The notes under the pieces: model-generated
Database searches by the model: none
The model's input: the letters and a program-made list of their open reading frames with translations, nothing else
Told to the model about the DNA's origin: nothing
Shown here: one piece after another, positions 28,500-38,319 of the stretch
How positions within the stretch are numbered: position 1 is the stretch's first letter
How the letters are laid out: each line of letters starts with the position of its first letter
Translations under genes and position numbers: made by a program
Assembly: GCA_965243025.1 (NCBI GenBank)
Contig: CBDETY010000003.1
Coordinates: forward strand, 384,001 to 448,000
DNA length: 64,000 nucleotides
Source: Candidatus Latescibacterota bacterium
Lineage (GTDB): Bacteria; Latescibacterota; UBA2968; UBA8231
Reading direction: 5' to 3'

Positions 28500-29903
28500 T
28501 CAGTCGAACAAGGTGGCGGGAAGGGGTTCTGCGAGGGGCACGACCCAATCCTTGTGTTTGAAAGTGCGGCCTTGTGTCAGCAGATCGACTTCAGGATCAA
28601 TGAGGAATTGGGACTTCCTTCCGTTCAGCCTGAGACGCGACCTGACCGTTACCGCAATCTTTTCGGACTCGTGAGTTTCCCGGTATCTTTCGGCTATGTG
28701 ATGGGCGGCCTGAAGGATTTTGTCGGGATCCGTGGCCATGACCTCGATCTGCAACGGCGTAAAGAAGTCGCGATTCCTTATCAGTATCTTTTTTTGTTGC
28801 TCCTTGTCATGAAGGAAAAAGTCCAGTTTGTACCTCTTTATGCTGGATCGCATCCCCCAGCTGAAAACTATCCCTTCTTCGGTCCAATGGACGTTTCCCT
28901 CTATCAGATGATGGCGCAGGGGAATGAACAATTGCAGTATCACATATATGCCGAGAAGCGAAATGGTTGACTTCTGCAGCTTGTTCAGGTTCTTGTCCGG
29001 GGTCCACCCCCGTGGTTGGCGATTGGAATTTGCATCAGGTTTTTTCCTGAATTTGAAAAACAGGTCTCGAGGCCAGGACGGGGGCAGAAGAATCAGGGTC
29101 GTTACAAGCATGAACAGGGCGAAGAAGCCGACATTGGTGACGAAGAAATTGAAGATGTGAAAGAGGAATAACGAGATCAGTCCAAGTTTTCTGAATGGCC
29201 GGAAAATCACCATGGGAACGAGAACAAGATCGAGAAGGAGACCGCCGTAAGTCGTCCCGTAAATGAACCACGGCTCCTGGCAGAATTGGCCGATAAACGG
29301 AAGATGGGTTCTCGGTGCGAAGAGACCCTTGGTGACAAAACCTCCCAGCCAGTCCTCATTCAGTTTCGTTACTCCTCCGAACAGGTAAGGCATTGCGATC
29401 TGAAATCGCAATATCCATACAGTCCAGGCCGGAGTCGTTTCGGAGGCGCTATCCGGTTTTTTCCACGCGTCACAGGAAAACTTCTTTTGCGCGGGAACGA
29501 ATATCAGGATCAGACTGATCCACCAGGCGAGATAGAAGTAGGTGTCCCAGACAATCTGGTTGATCAGCAGAAAATAGGTCAGACCCAGACTGAACAGGGA
29601 ACAGCTCAGAATGTATCGGTACCCGATACAGATAAGGACAGCCAGGAATATGAGAAGTACAAACAGCAGGTACATGAAGGGACCAGGCAGGGGGTCGACC
29701 CATTCGAATCCGATGTAGTGGAAATGGAACCGGGGATCGATCCAGTTTGTTTTAATGTCGAACTGGTCCAGGAACAGGACGAACGTCAAGATCATTATCA
29801 ACCCGTATACTATGCGAAAGAAAACCAGGGAAGCTATATCAACCGGTTTGAAAAAAGAGGATATGAACGAAGTGAAATCCGGTTTGATTTTTTCAGGATT
29901 CAT
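28500..29903 (-). CDS. HTTM domain / vitamin K-dependent gamma-carboxylase-like membrane protein
   Basis: VDIASLVFFRIVYG, FHFHYIGFEWV.PLP, LRFQIAMPYLFGGVTKLNEDWL.G, WTEEG..FSW.M motifs. Visibly AT-richer than its flanks. Confidence 0.85.
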   Translation of the reverse strand: MNPEKIKPDFTSFISSFFKPVDIASLVFFRIVYGLIMILTFVLFLDQFDIKTNWIDPRFHFHYIGFEWVDPLPGPFMYLLFVLLIFLAVLICIGYRYILSCSLFSLGLTYFLLINQIVWDTYFYLAWWISLILIFVPAQKKFSCDAWKKPDSASETTPAWTVWILRFQIAMPYLFGGVTKLNEDWLGGFVTKGLFAPRTHLPFIGQFCQEPWFIYGTTYGGLLLDLVLVPMVIFRPFRKLGLISLFLFHIFNFFVTNVGFFALFMLVTTLILLPPSWPRDLFFKFRKKPDANSNRQPRGWTPDKNLNKLQKSTISLLGIYVILQLFIPLRHHLIEGNVHWTEEGIVFSWGMRSSIKRYKLDFFLHDKEQQKKILIRNRDFFTPLQIEVMATDPDKILQAAHHIAERYRETHESEKIAVTVRSRLRLNGRKSQFLIDPEVDLLTQGRTFKHKDWVVPLAEPLPATLFD

Positions 29904-29995
29904 TGGGAATACCCGTGCATCCGGGGGTTTTGTACCGGTATTCTTCGGCCCACACTCGGGTGAATGCCATCACGAACAGGGCTGCCGAGACAGGT

Positions 29996-30382
29996 TCACC
30001 AGACAATCTCTACCTCGTACGACCGCAGCCTGTTCTCTCCGCTGATCAGGGGAATACCCTCGCTTCTCGCTTGGGCGATCAACAGGCGGTCGAAGGGATC
30101 CCGGTGATGGTGAGGCAGACTGTACACCTCGAGGCTGTGGTGCAAGCTCACCGGGAGGACTCCAAAGCGGTTTCGGTGGACGTGCTGCGGCACGAATACC
30201 TGGGGTTCGGAATGCAACTCGAGACGGCCGAGGGCAGACATGATTGCAATCTCCCAACCGCTCGCGGCGCTGAGCAGTACCTCATTGTCCGGATTCGCGA
30301 TCTCCGCACGCGCCCGCGGGCTCAAGCGCGGTTCGTCGGTCACCCACCAGAGAAACACGTGCGTGTCCATCAGCAGGGTCAT
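29996..30382 (-). CDS. vapC: Type II TA system VapC (PIN) toxin
   Basis: LLMDTHVFLWW...SAASGWEIAI...HHRDPFDRLLIAQA. Confidence 0.9.
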   Translation of the reverse strand: MTLLMDTHVFLWWVTDEPRLSPRARAEIANPDNEVLLSAASGWEIAIMSALGRLELHSEPQVFVPQHVHRNRFGVLPVSLHHSLEVYSLPHHHRDPFDRLLIAQARSEGIPLISGENRLRSYEVEIVW

Positions 30383-30627
30383 TGCTCAGGCCCTCCTTCG
30401 AACCCGGTCAGCAGGTCCTCGGGCAGGGGGGCGTCGAAGTCGTCTTTCATGTGCACGAGTCCTCTGGCGCTACCCGGAATTCGCGGTCCCTTGCGCTGTG
30501 GCTCGACGGGTCCGAGTCGGGCCACCGGCGTGCCGGAGCGGGCAATGAGCACCTCTTCCCCGCTCAACACCCGACGGATCAACTTCGAGAGGTTCGTTTT
30601 CGCCTCGTGCATGTTGACCTGTAACAT
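30379..30627 (-). CDS. Type II TA system Phd/YefM antitoxin
   Basis: VNMHEAKTNLSKLI...GEEVLIARSGTPVARL; 4-bp overlap with the toxin. Confidence 0.9.
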   Translation of the reverse strand: MLQVNMHEAKTNLSKLIRRVLSGEEVLIARSGTPVARLGPVEPQRKGPRIPGSARGLVHMKDDFDAPLPEDLLTGFEGGPEQ

Positions 30628-30668
30628 TTGCCTGACCTCCCTGACAACGTGGCTGTGGGCACCTCTAT

Positions 30669-30692
30669 CTTAGCTAAGCTATAGACTAAGTC
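30669..30692. promoter_or_regulatory. Putative antitoxin operator (tandem palindromes)
   Basis: Perfect palindrome cttagctaag (30669-30678) and near-palindrome gactaagtc (30684-30692), about 40 bp upstream of the antitoxin. Confidence 0.55.
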
Positions 30693-30887
30693 CATGCTCT
30701 CCGCTCGTCAACTCGCGGCTGCCGGGTCGCTCCGCCTCTCGGCAGCGACCGGCACGGCAGTCTGTTCGCCGGCCACTTCGACAGGGGGCGGTCGTCTGTT
30801 CCTTGTCGAAGGCAGTGAGTTGCGACGCGTGAGCGGGGGTCCACCGAATCGCTCCGATTCGGGAATTCTTCGGGCGGGGTTTTCGTC

Positions 30888-33542
30888 ATGACCAGGGTGG
30901 TGTATCTGCTGTTCTTCTTTTCCGGGGGAGCCGGCCTGATCTACCAGGTCATCTGGGTCCGGCAGTTCGGGAACGTATTCGGCAATACCGTCTACTCAGC
31001 CTCGCTCGTGATCGCCGTTTTCATGTGCGGGCTCGGGCTCGGCAGCTACCTCGCCGGTATCTGGGCGGACAGACGCTACGCCTTCGCTCCCTCTTCGCTC
31101 CTCAGGGCTTTCGGATACTGCGAGCTGGCAATCGGCGGAATGGGTCTGGTGATCGCCCTGGTCCTTCCCCGCCTGGGATGGCTTTCGGCCGCGGTTTCCA
31201 CCTACGTCCCAGGTCCCAACGGCTGGTATTTCCTCTCTGCGTGGTCCCACCTGGCGCGCTACGGCATCGCCTTCCTCGCGCTGGCCCCGATAACCCTGGT
31301 GATGGGGGCGACCCTGACCTTGCTGATTCGATACCTGATTCAGCGCGACGTGGCCGCGGCCGGATGGAAGATCGGGGCGCTCTACGGGATCAACACCGCG
31401 GGAGCGGCTGCCGGGGCTTTCCTGACCGACTTCCTATTCATCCCAGGGGCGGGGTTGGGCGGTTCCCAGGTCATCGCCGCCGGCTGCAATCTCATTGCCG
31501 CGGCCGGGGCCCTTCACCTCGCATCGACCCGTGCCCGAAAAGGCGCCGAACACGCGCCGGCCGCCAGAGAGGTTCACCGGGAGGAGGCAGGGGTCCAAGG
31601 GGAGGAGTTGAAAGCCGGCCCGGCCATCGTCGGTCTGAGCGGGCTCGCACTGCTGTTGTCCGGGTTTGCCGCCATGGGCATGGAGATCGTCTGGTTCCGT
31701 CACATCGCCCACACCGTCGGGAGCTTTCGCTCGGTGTACTCGTTGCTTCTCACGGTGATTCTCGTCGGAATCTGGCTGGGTTCCATGACCGGCGGGTTCC
31801 TCAACCGCAGGATGGGCAACCCGCTTCCATTGTTCATCGCGGCGCAGGCGCTGTTCGGGGTTTCCGCGTTGCTGGGTGTCGCCGGCGCCGGCACCGAACG
31901 GCTCGTAACCGCGGGCAACGCAGGCGCGGCGAGCTTTCTCGCCTCCTCGGGGATGAAGAGATCGGCCGTCGAGGTGTGGATCAACCTGCAGCCGGTGCTG
32001 AGGGAGGTGGCGGTTCCCGCCTTCTTCATGGGGTTCGCCTTTCCCCTTGCCAACGCCGTCATCCAGCGCGCCGCCGGGTTCGTGGGCCGGTACGCCGGTC
32101 TCCTCTACCTGGCAAACACCATCGGTGCGGTTCTGGGATCCCTGGGCACGGGATTTTTCCTCCTGCCGGCATTCGGAATGCAGGAGAGTGTGACCTTGTT
32201 GGTCGGCGCCGCCGGGTTGGCGGTCGTCCCCCTGTACCTGGCCGCCCGCCCTGCAAGCCCGTGGAGCCGCCGGACGCGCCCGGCAACGGTTGCATTCGTC
32301 GCCGCGGCCGTCCTGTTGGGCGGGGCCCTGACCCTGTGGACGGGTCTGCCGCCGGATCACCTGATCGCCAGGAGCCTCAAGCCGATGTCTCCGGGCGAGA
32401 AACGGCTCGCAGTCAGCGAGGGCATCACCGAAACGATCGCCGTCACCGAGCACCCGAGCGAGGGGCGGCGCCTGCTGACGAACGGATACTTCATGTCGGC
32501 GACCAGCTGGAAGGGACAGCGCTACATGCGGGCGTTCGCCCACGTCCCGCTCCTGTCGCACGAGGCCCCGGAAAGGGTGCTCGTGATCGCTTTCGGCGTG
32601 GGCAACACGGCGCACGCCGCGGCCCTGCACGAATCGGTCCGCCGCCTGGAAGTTGCCGAGCTCTCCGAGCATATCCTCGACCATGCCGGCTATTTCTCCG
32701 CCACCAACGGGAACGTGCTGGAGAACCCGAAAGTCTCCGTCTTCGTCAACGACGGACGCCATCACCTGCGCATGCAGCCGCCGGCGGCCTACGACCTGGT
32801 AACCCTGGAGCCGCCGCCGATAGCTCACGCCGGGGTGGCCTCCCTCTACTCGCGCGAGTTCTTCGAAACAGTGCGATCCCGCCTGAAGCCGGGGGGCTAT
32901 TTCACCCTGTGGCTGCCGGCCTACCAGGTCCCGGGGGAAACGGTGTTGTCGATGGTGCGGACCTTCGTCGAGGTCTTTCCGAACTCCGTGCTGCTCTCCG
33001 GGGTGTACTCCGAGCTGATCCTGATGGGAGTCCGGGATGCGCCGGTGGAAATCGATCCGGTGCTCGTTCAGGCCAGGCTCGAGGCGATGCCTGGAGTCCG
33101 CGACGATCTGGCCGCCGTCCACCTCGGCAGCTTGACGGAGATCGTCGGGACCTTCGCCGCCCCGGGCGAAACACTCCTTCGAGAGAGCAGGCTGTCACCC
33201 CCGGTAACCGACGATCGCCCCATTCCCGACTACGCCAGGAAATCACAGTTGCGGGACCATCGCATACCGCCCCGGATCTTCGCCGTCAGGGAGGTCGACA
33301 CCTGGTGCCCGGGTTGTTTCACAGACGGCCGGCCGCTCCCGGAGCTGGAGCATTTCGAGACCTACCTGAGCATCCTCGAGCGTCTCTACCAGTCGTCCCG
33401 GTTCCTCAACTCCAGCACTGTAAAGGGCCCAGGTCGAAAAAGAGCCCGCATCCCGATTCCTCCCGATGCTGGGATCGCGGCAGCCGTCGCAGAGCACCGG
33501 TACCTCGGCTACGTTATGGAGGGTTTTTTCGAATCGAGATGA
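30888..33542 (+). CDS. Fused multi-TM / spermidine-synthase-like SAM-binding protein
   Basis: FFSGGAGLIYQVIW, LYGINTAGA and LYLANTIGA TM repeats; C-terminal VLVIAFGVGNT...AEL...NDGRHHL...YDLVTLEPPP...LYSREFF. Confidence 0.85.
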   Translation: MTRVVYLLFFFSGGAGLIYQVIWVRQFGNVFGNTVYSASLVIAVFMCGLGLGSYLAGIWADRRYAFAPSSLLRAFGYCELAIGGMGLVIALVLPRLGWLSAAVSTYVPGPNGWYFLSAWSHLARYGIAFLALAPITLVMGATLTLLIRYLIQRDVAAAGWKIGALYGINTAGAAAGAFLTDFLFIPGAGLGGSQVIAAGCNLIAAAGALHLASTRARKGAEHAPAAREVHREEAGVQGEELKAGPAIVGLSGLALLLSGFAAMGMEIVWFRHIAHTVGSFRSVYSLLLTVILVGIWLGSMTGGFLNRRMGNPLPLFIAAQALFGVSALLGVAGAGTERLVTAGNAGAASFLASSGMKRSAVEVWINLQPVLREVAVPAFFMGFAFPLANAVIQRAAGFVGRYAGLLYLANTIGAVLGSLGTGFFLLPAFGMQESVTLLVGAAGLAVVPLYLAARPASPWSRRTRPATVAFVAAAVLLGGALTLWTGLPPDHLIARSLKPMSPGEKRLAVSEGITETIAVTEHPSEGRRLLTNGYFMSATSWKGQRYMRAFAHVPLLSHEAPERVLVIAFGVGNTAHAAALHESVRRLEVAELSEHILDHAGYFSATNGNVLENPKVSVFVNDGRHHLRMQPPAAYDLVTLEPPPIAHAGVASLYSREFFETVRSRLKPGGYFTLWLPAYQVPGETVLSMVRTFVEVFPNSVLLSGVYSELILMGVRDAPVEIDPVLVQARLEAMPGVRDDLAAVHLGSLTEIVGTFAAPGETLLRESRLSPPVTDDRPIPDYARKSQLRDHRIPPRIFAVREVDTWCPGCFTDGRPLPELEHFETYLSILERLYQSSRFLNSSTVKGPGRKRARIPIPPDAGIAAAVAEHRYLGYVMEGFFESR

Positions 33543-33620
33543 AGCCGATCCGGCTCCGGCACGGGGTCGCACCTCGTCCGGGCGGCTTCGTCATGCGGAA
33601 GTGAACCGACAAGGAGCATT

Positions 33621-34244
33621 GTGATGATCCACGAGATACGCACCTACGATCTCAGAACGCATGCACTGCAGGAATACTGGAAGCGCTTCGGCGAGAAACT
33701 CCCCCGCCGCCAGGAGTTCTCCAGGCTCGGCGGCCATTGGTACACCGAGGTGGGTCGGCTCAATCAGATGGTTGCCGTCTGGCCCTACGAGGACCTGGAG
33801 CAGAGGGCGGAGATCCGCGAGCGGGCCGAGGCCGGTCCTGACCAGGCCTGGCCTCCCGATTCGGGCGAACTGATCGTGGACATGGTCTCCCGGATCTACC
33901 GTCCGGCGCCGTTCATGACGCCTCTCGGCGAACGTCGAATCGGTCCCCTGTACGAGATGCGGCTGTATACCTTCCCGGTAGAGGCCATTCCCGGGGTGCT
34001 GGAAGCCTGGGGAGAACAGATCGAGGAGCGCGAGAAGCTCTCCCCCCTGGCCGGCTGCTGGTATACCGACAGCGGCGGACTCGACAACTTCGTCCACCTG
34101 TGGGCTTACGGGAGCTTCGAGGAACGCCAGCGCGTGCGCGAGCAGGCCCGGCAGCAGGGCAACTGGCCTCCGCGGACCCCGGTCAAACCGGCGAGGCAGG
34201 AGAACAAGATCCTCTATCCCGCCCCGTTTTCCCCGATGCAATAG
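33621..34244 (+). CDS. NIPSNAP family protein (two domains)
   Basis: IHEIRTYDL...WYTEVGRLNQ...WPYEDL, repeated as LYEMRLYTF...VHLWAYGSFEER; AAGGAG RBS. Confidence 0.9.
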   Translation: MMIHEIRTYDLRTHALQEYWKRFGEKLPRRQEFSRLGGHWYTEVGRLNQMVAVWPYEDLEQRAEIRERAEAGPDQAWPPDSGELIVDMVSRIYRPAPFMTPLGERRIGPLYEMRLYTFPVEAIPGVLEAWGEQIEEREKLSPLAGCWYTDSGGLDNFVHLWAYGSFEERQRVREQARQQGNWPPRTPVKPARQENKILYPAPFSPMQ

Positions 34245-34253
34245 GAGACCGGC

Positions 34254-35309
34254 ATGTTTCGCGTCGGCATCATCGGCTGCGGCCGCATGGCCAACACCAT
34301 CGAAGACGAGCAGATAGCGAGGAGGAGAGAGCGTCCGAACCGGAGCGGGCTGGAACTGCCTTATTCGCATGCCGCCGGCTACGCGGCAGTGGAGGAGACG
34401 CAGGTCGTCGCCGCGTGCGATATCGATGCTGCGCGCCTGCGGGCTTTCGTCGATCGCTGGAACGTCAGGGCCTACGGGGATTTCCGCGAGATGATAGAGC
34501 GGGAGAATCTCGATATAGTGAGCGTTGCCACCCGCCCGGAGCAGCATGCCGAACAGCTGATTTTCGCGGCCGAACACGGCGTTGCGGGGGTGTACGCGGA
34601 AAAGCCCCTCTGCATGACCTTGACCGAAACCGACGCGATAAGAGAAGCCTTCGAGCGCAACGGCGCGCACCTGGAGTACGGCTGCATCTACCGCCACTGG
34701 GCGGCGTACGAACAGGCGCGGACCATCGCCGAAAGCGGCGACCTGGGGGAGGTCCGGGCGGTGCTGGGGTTCGAGGGAAAGGCGCTCGAGGGGCACTTCA
34801 TCGACCTGCTCCTGTACCTGCTCGGCGACCCGGAGCCGGTGTCCGTCCAGGGGAGGATTTCCCAGCTCAACCCGGCCGAGGACGACACCGCGGGCATGAA
34901 ATTCATCAACGACACACCCCTGCTTTCGGCGCTGATCGAGTTCGACAATGGGACTTTCGCGCACGTGGCGCGGACCGGAATCGGCCGGGAGATCGAACTG
35001 GTCTGCAGCGAAGGGAGCATCCGCGTCGTCAACGAGGGGGAAGCGATTCAGTTGAGGCGCCGGGATTCCGTGTCCGATGCGCTCGATGCCGTGCCTGTCG
35101 AGCAGGCGCAGCCCCGCAGCGGCACCGTGCACATCATTCGCGACCTGGTCGAGGCCCTCGAGACCGGCAAGCCGGGGCGCAGGAGCAACCTGCGGGTGGC
35201 GATGATCAGTCAGGAGATCGGCTTCGGGCTGTACGAATCCCATTTGCGGGGGGGAACCGGGGTGATGCCTCCCGTGCCCAATCGAGACCGCTGGGTCTGG
35301 AGCTGGTAG
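34254..35309 (+). CDS. Gfo/Idh/MocA family oxidoreductase
   Basis: RVGIIGCGRMA Rossmann motif; LDIVSVAT; AEKP. Confidence 0.9.
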   Translation: MFRVGIIGCGRMANTIEDEQIARRRERPNRSGLELPYSHAAGYAAVEETQVVAACDIDAARLRAFVDRWNVRAYGDFREMIERENLDIVSVATRPEQHAEQLIFAAEHGVAGVYAEKPLCMTLTETDAIREAFERNGAHLEYGCIYRHWAAYEQARTIAESGDLGEVRAVLGFEGKALEGHFIDLLLYLLGDPEPVSVQGRISQLNPAEDDTAGMKFINDTPLLSALIEFDNGTFAHVARTGIGREIELVCSEGSIRVVNEGEAIQLRRRDSVSDALDAVPVEQAQPRSGTVHIIRDLVEALETGKPGRRSNLRVAMISQEIGFGLYESHLRGGTGVMPPVPNRDRWVWSW

Positions 35310-35402
35310 GCTGTCGGCCATCCCTGGCCGGGGAGGCGGACACCGAAAAGAGACCGCTGCCAACCGTAAACCGGCGGAGACCGCCGGGAAAGGGACCAAG
35401 GA

Positions 35403-36527
35403 ATGAAGATTACCGAGGTGAAGACTTATACTGCGGGGCAGGAGGGCAGGGGAGCTTTCCTGTTCTGCCGGGTGTTCACCGACGCGGGAATCCACGGCGT
35501 CGGAGAGGCGGCCGGCTGGCCGAGCGTCGAAGCGGAGATCCAACTCAAGGCCGCCGCGGTGATCGGGGAGGACCCGTTCGCCATCGAGCGCCTTTGGAGC
35601 CGCATGTTCCTGCAGACCCACGGGATGACCGGGGTCACCGGGGCCGCGGCGATGTCGGCGATCGAGATGGCCCTGTGGGACATCAAGGGGAAGGCCCTCG
35701 ACACCCCGGTCTGGAACCTGCTGGGAGGGAAGATGCACGACCGGCTGCGGGTGTACACCCACTGCGACGATGCCGAAAAGGCGCGCGAGCTCGTCGACCA
35801 GGGGTACACCGGCCTCAAGATGGGGAACATCGAGAACTGCCTGCGCCAGGTCGCCGAGATCCGCGCCGCGGTCGGGGACGAGATCGACCTGATGGTCGAC
35901 CTGCACGGCATGCCCTGGATGACCACGCGCGACGCGATCTCGATGGGGCGCGCCCTCGAGGAGTACGGCCTCTTCTTCTACGAGGAGCCGGTCGCCCCCG
36001 AGAACGTCGAGGCCATGGCGCGGGTGTCCGAGGCGATCGACATTCCGCTCGCCGCCGGCGAAAGGCTCGCCTACATCTACGGCGCGCGCGAGCTGATCGA
36101 GCGCGAGATCGTCGACGTCATCCAGCCGGACGCCGGCCGTTTCGGGGGGCTGGCGCAGATGAAGAAGGTCGCCGGCATGGCGGAGGCCCACTACATTCAG
36201 GTCGCCCCTCACGACGGCTCGCTCGGGCCCGTGGGGGAGATCGCTTCCCTCCATCTTTGCGCGGCCATTCCCAACTTCCTGATATGGGAGCACCGCACCG
36301 GCGACATCCCGGCGCGCTACGAGGTGATGGCGCCGCAACCGCAGGTGGTCGACGGCCACATGAGGCCCCCGGACGGACCGGGGCTCGGCGTCGACCTCGT
36401 CGACGAAGCGATCGAGAGGTACCCGGGTTCCCCCGGGTCGGGCGGGTATTTCCGGGATTCCCGCTACGACTACCAGTACGTCCACGCCAGGAGATCGCGG
36501 GCCAGATGGCTGCGGGGACCCGAATGA
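35403..36527 (+). CDS. Mandelate racemase/muconate lactonizing enzyme family (galactonate dehydratase-like)
   Basis: AIEMALWDIKGK, LMVDLHG, YEEP, AAGE, QPD, APH. Confidence 0.9.
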   Translation: MKITEVKTYTAGQEGRGAFLFCRVFTDAGIHGVGEAAGWPSVEAEIQLKAAAVIGEDPFAIERLWSRMFLQTHGMTGVTGAAAMSAIEMALWDIKGKALDTPVWNLLGGKMHDRLRVYTHCDDAEKARELVDQGYTGLKMGNIENCLRQVAEIRAAVGDEIDLMVDLHGMPWMTTRDAISMGRALEEYGLFFYEEPVAPENVEAMARVSEAIDIPLAAGERLAYIYGARELIEREIVDVIQPDAGRFGGLAQMKKVAGMAEAHYIQVAPHDGSLGPVGEIASLHLCAAIPNFLIWEHRTGDIPARYEVMAPQPQVVDGHMRPPDGPGLGVDLVDEAIERYPGSPGSGGYFRDSRYDYQYVHARRSRARWLRGPE

Positions 36528-37159
36528 AGCTGACAGCGCGGCGGCTCGTTCTCGCCCTCCTTTCCTTCGCGGCCTTCTCATGCGGGGACGGGGGGCATGC
36601 GGGCCGCGAGCTGCAGCAGAAAGCGGATGACCCCGCTGTTCCGGTGCTGGGCACAGTTCCCGATTTCGCGCTCACCGACCAGACCGCTTCCCCCTTCGGC
36701 AGCGCCCAGCTCGACTCCGGCCTCTGGGTCGCCAACTTCATCTTCACCCGCTGCGCCGCGACCTGCCCGGTGCAGACCGCGACGATGGCCCGGCTGCAGG
36801 AACGGCTGCGGGCGAAACAGCTGCTGCCGGAAATCACCCTCGTCAGTTTCAGCGTCGATCCCGGGTTCGACACCCCGGAGGTGCTGCGCCAGTACGGGAA
36901 TGAGTACGGCGCCGACCCGGACAGGTGGCGGTTCCTCACCGGGGGACGCGAGGAGATCTGGGACCTCAGCAAGGGCGGCTTCAAGCTGGGGGTCGGCGAG
37001 TCTCCCCCCGAGTCGCAGGCGCAGCCGCTGTTCCACAGCCCGCGGATGGTCCTGGTCGACCGCCAGCGCCGCATCCGCGGTTACTACGACGGGGTAAGCG
37101 CCGGGGGACTCGATGAGATCGAGGGGGCCATCGACGCCGTGGCCGGGGAAACCCCTTGA
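36524..37159 (+). CDS. SCO family copper chaperone lipoprotein
   Basis: ATG 36524; lipobox FS-C; FIFTRCAATCP (CxxxC); SVDP..DTPE; distal H in LFHS. Confidence 0.9.
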   Translation: MKLTARRLVLALLSFAAFSCGDGGHAGRELQQKADDPAVPVLGTVPDFALTDQTASPFGSAQLDSGLWVANFIFTRCAATCPVQTATMARLQERLRAKQLLPEITLVSFSVDPGFDTPEVLRQYGNEYGADPDRWRFLTGGREEIWDLSKGGFKLGVGESPPESQAQPLFHSPRMVLVDRQRRIRGYYDGVSAGGLDEIEGAIDAVAGETP

Positions 37160-37330
37160 GGATGCGGTCCGGCGGGCAGGGACCTCTTCCAGATTCCCGG
37201 TTCCTCACCGCCGCCTCGGTTCATAAGGGGCCAGGTGCCCGATTTGGGAATTATATACATACCTATGCAAGGGTTTTTAATAATCTTCCCCCGATTTATC
37301 CCTCAGGGTGAAGTAGATTTACTGAGGTCG

Positions 37331-37561
37331 GGCGGGCGACGCGACGAGAGGCAACTGAGCCTGGTCGTCGACCGCGGCCGGGGCTTCGAGCCCTCTCCGG
37401 ATGAAGCCCGGCAAGGCTTGGGTTTCTGCCTGTTCAGCATCGGGGAGTGCCTGAGTCAGTCAGGCGGCTCCTTCGAAATCGAATCGGAGCCGGAACAGGG
37501 GACGCGTTGCGTGCTGGCGGTCCCTTCCTCATCTCTGGAGCCAAAGGAAAACTCCCGATGA
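37331..37561 (+). pseudogene. Remnant of a sensor histidine kinase (HATPase_c C-terminus only)
   Basis: LSLVVDRGRGFEP...GLGFCLFSIGECL...GGSFEIESEPEQGTRCVLAVP is a degenerate G1/G2 box. No H-box or sensor domain upstream; the stop overlaps the response regulator start. Confidence 0.7.
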
Positions 37562-38184
37562 CGACCCGGGTGATGCTGGTGGACGATCACGAACTGATGC
37601 GCGACGGCCTGCGAGCCCTGTTCCAGGACGACGAGTTCGAGGTAGTGGGCGAAGCCGGGGCCGCCCGCACCGCGGTGGAGCTGGCCGCGGCCTGCCGGCC
37701 GCACGTCGTAGTTATGGACGTTTCCCTGCCCGACCTGAGCGGAGTCGAAGCGACGCGTCAAGTCCTCGTCCGGGCTCCGGAGGTGAAGGTGGTGGCCCTG
37801 TCGGTGCACGCCGACCCGCAGTACGTCGCCGGCATGCTGGAGGCCGGAGCCTCGGGGTATGTGCTGAAAGAGGGGGCCGCGGTCGAGCTGCTGCACGCGG
37901 TGCGGGCGGCCCTGGCCGGGCACTCCTACCTGAGCCCGGAACTGGGTGCGGCGGTGTTCGACCAAGTGCAGGCTCTTGCCGGATATCCGGAGCTGAGAGA
38001 GCGGGAACGCGAGGTCCTGCGGCTCATCAGCGAGGGCCTGACGACCCGCCAAATTGCCGAACAGATGAACCTGAGCGAGCACACCGTCCATACGCATCGG
38101 CAGCACATCATGGACAAGCTCGACCGGCACAGCGTGGCCGCTTTGACCAAGTACGCGGTCACCACAGGGCTTACCACGCTGTAG
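37558..38184 (+). CDS. NarL/LuxR family response regulator
   Basis: VMLVDDH, VVVMDVSLP, GYVLK; LuxR HTH REREVL...IAEQMNLSEHTVHTHR. Confidence 0.93.
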   Translation: MTTRVMLVDDHELMRDGLRALFQDDEFEVVGEAGAARTAVELAAACRPHVVVMDVSLPDLSGVEATRQVLVRAPEVKVVALSVHADPQYVAGMLEAGASGYVLKEGAAVELLHAVRAALAGHSYLSPELGAAVFDQVQALAGYPELREREREVLRLISEGLTTRQIAEQMNLSEHTVHTHRQHIMDKLDRHSVAALTKYAVTTGLTTL

Positions 38185-38319
38185 TCTCAAAAGCGGCAGT
38201 CTCCCCCGGGTCTGGGCCCTGATTCCGGACTTGGGGGTGGTGCCGGCTCTTCCGGGGACTTGGGATTGCAGGTGCTCTGACTGAGCACCCCTCTGGTGCG
38301 TTCCAGACGCGGACATTTA

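Noticed and set aside
29904-30887. Possible target-site duplication around the Phd-VapC pair (attcttcgg on both sides)
   Set aside because: Only about 9 bp and not at clear boundaries; compatible with chance.
30888-33542. Calling this gene speE
   Set aside because: Large TM fusion and non-canonical catalytic motifs; symbol withheld.
35403-36527. Assigning dgoD
   Set aside because: The family is clear but substrate specificity cannot be determined from motifs alone.
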